Shown here in pieces: positions 59,999-60,000 of a stretch of DNA of 60,000 bases (position 1 is its first letter; every line of letters begins with the position of its first letter). The translations under genes were made by a program, and so were the position numbers. The DNA is from Mobula hypostoma. Taxonomy: Eukaryota. Location of the stretch: positions 94,924,001 through 94,984,000 of the forward strand of contig NC_086107.1 in NCBI RefSeq assembly GCF_963921235.1. Reading direction: 5' to 3'. A model generated the notes under the pieces. That model worked only from the letters and a program-made list of their open reading frames with translations. It searched no databases and was not told the origin of the DNA.

Positions 59999-60000
59999 TT
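54200..60000. repeat. Coding 36-bp minisatellite (homogeneous ~56.7-60 kb; diverged, partly 72-bp periodic ~54.2-56.7 kb)
   Basis: Plus-strand unit cacctgaagatatggtctgttcacctgtaggttctt and variants repeated without spacers. Confidence 0.97.

Noticed and set aside
56700..60000. 36-bp repeats as a CRISPR array
   Set aside because: No unique spacers, units are contiguous and coding, eukaryotic context, no cas genes.
53939..60000. Assignment to aggrecan/versican, DSPP/DMP1, RPGR-ORF15 or a mucin
   Set aside because: Only compositional similarity; no diagnostic domain in the window, and the ORF stops without lectican G3 modules.

Overview
Repeat-dense vertebrate genomic DNA. The repeat set (CR1, Rex1/Babar, Penelope with hammerhead tails, HE1/V-SINE-like, Tc1, hAT) points to a cartilaginous fish, probably a ray; this is an inference. 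Two protein-coding loci lie on the minus strand. (1) A complete PRRG2-like gene (transmembrane Gla protein), assembled by hand from six coding exons: 26527-26635, 25437-25600, 18901-18934, 14172-14298, 13682-13852 and 10297-10327. All junctions are GT-AG and phase-compatible, giving 636 nt and 211 aa (signal peptide, Gla domain, TM helix, PPEY/LPSY/PPPY motifs). A non-coding exon 1 and promoter probably lie near 47.1-47.3 kb, and a long 3'UTR may reach ~3.6 kb. (2) The 3' part of an unidentified giant ORF (53939 to beyond 60000, about 2,020 codons, open at the window edge) built from acidic 12-aa repeats (EQTISSGEEPTG) with higher-order structure and a short unique C-terminal domain. Most of the rest is nested, decayed transposable elements. 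The most notable are short palindromic Penelope-derived inserts with minimal hammerhead-ribozyme motifs and 13-bp target-site duplications. TE boundaries are approximate unless a TSD or TIR is quoted.
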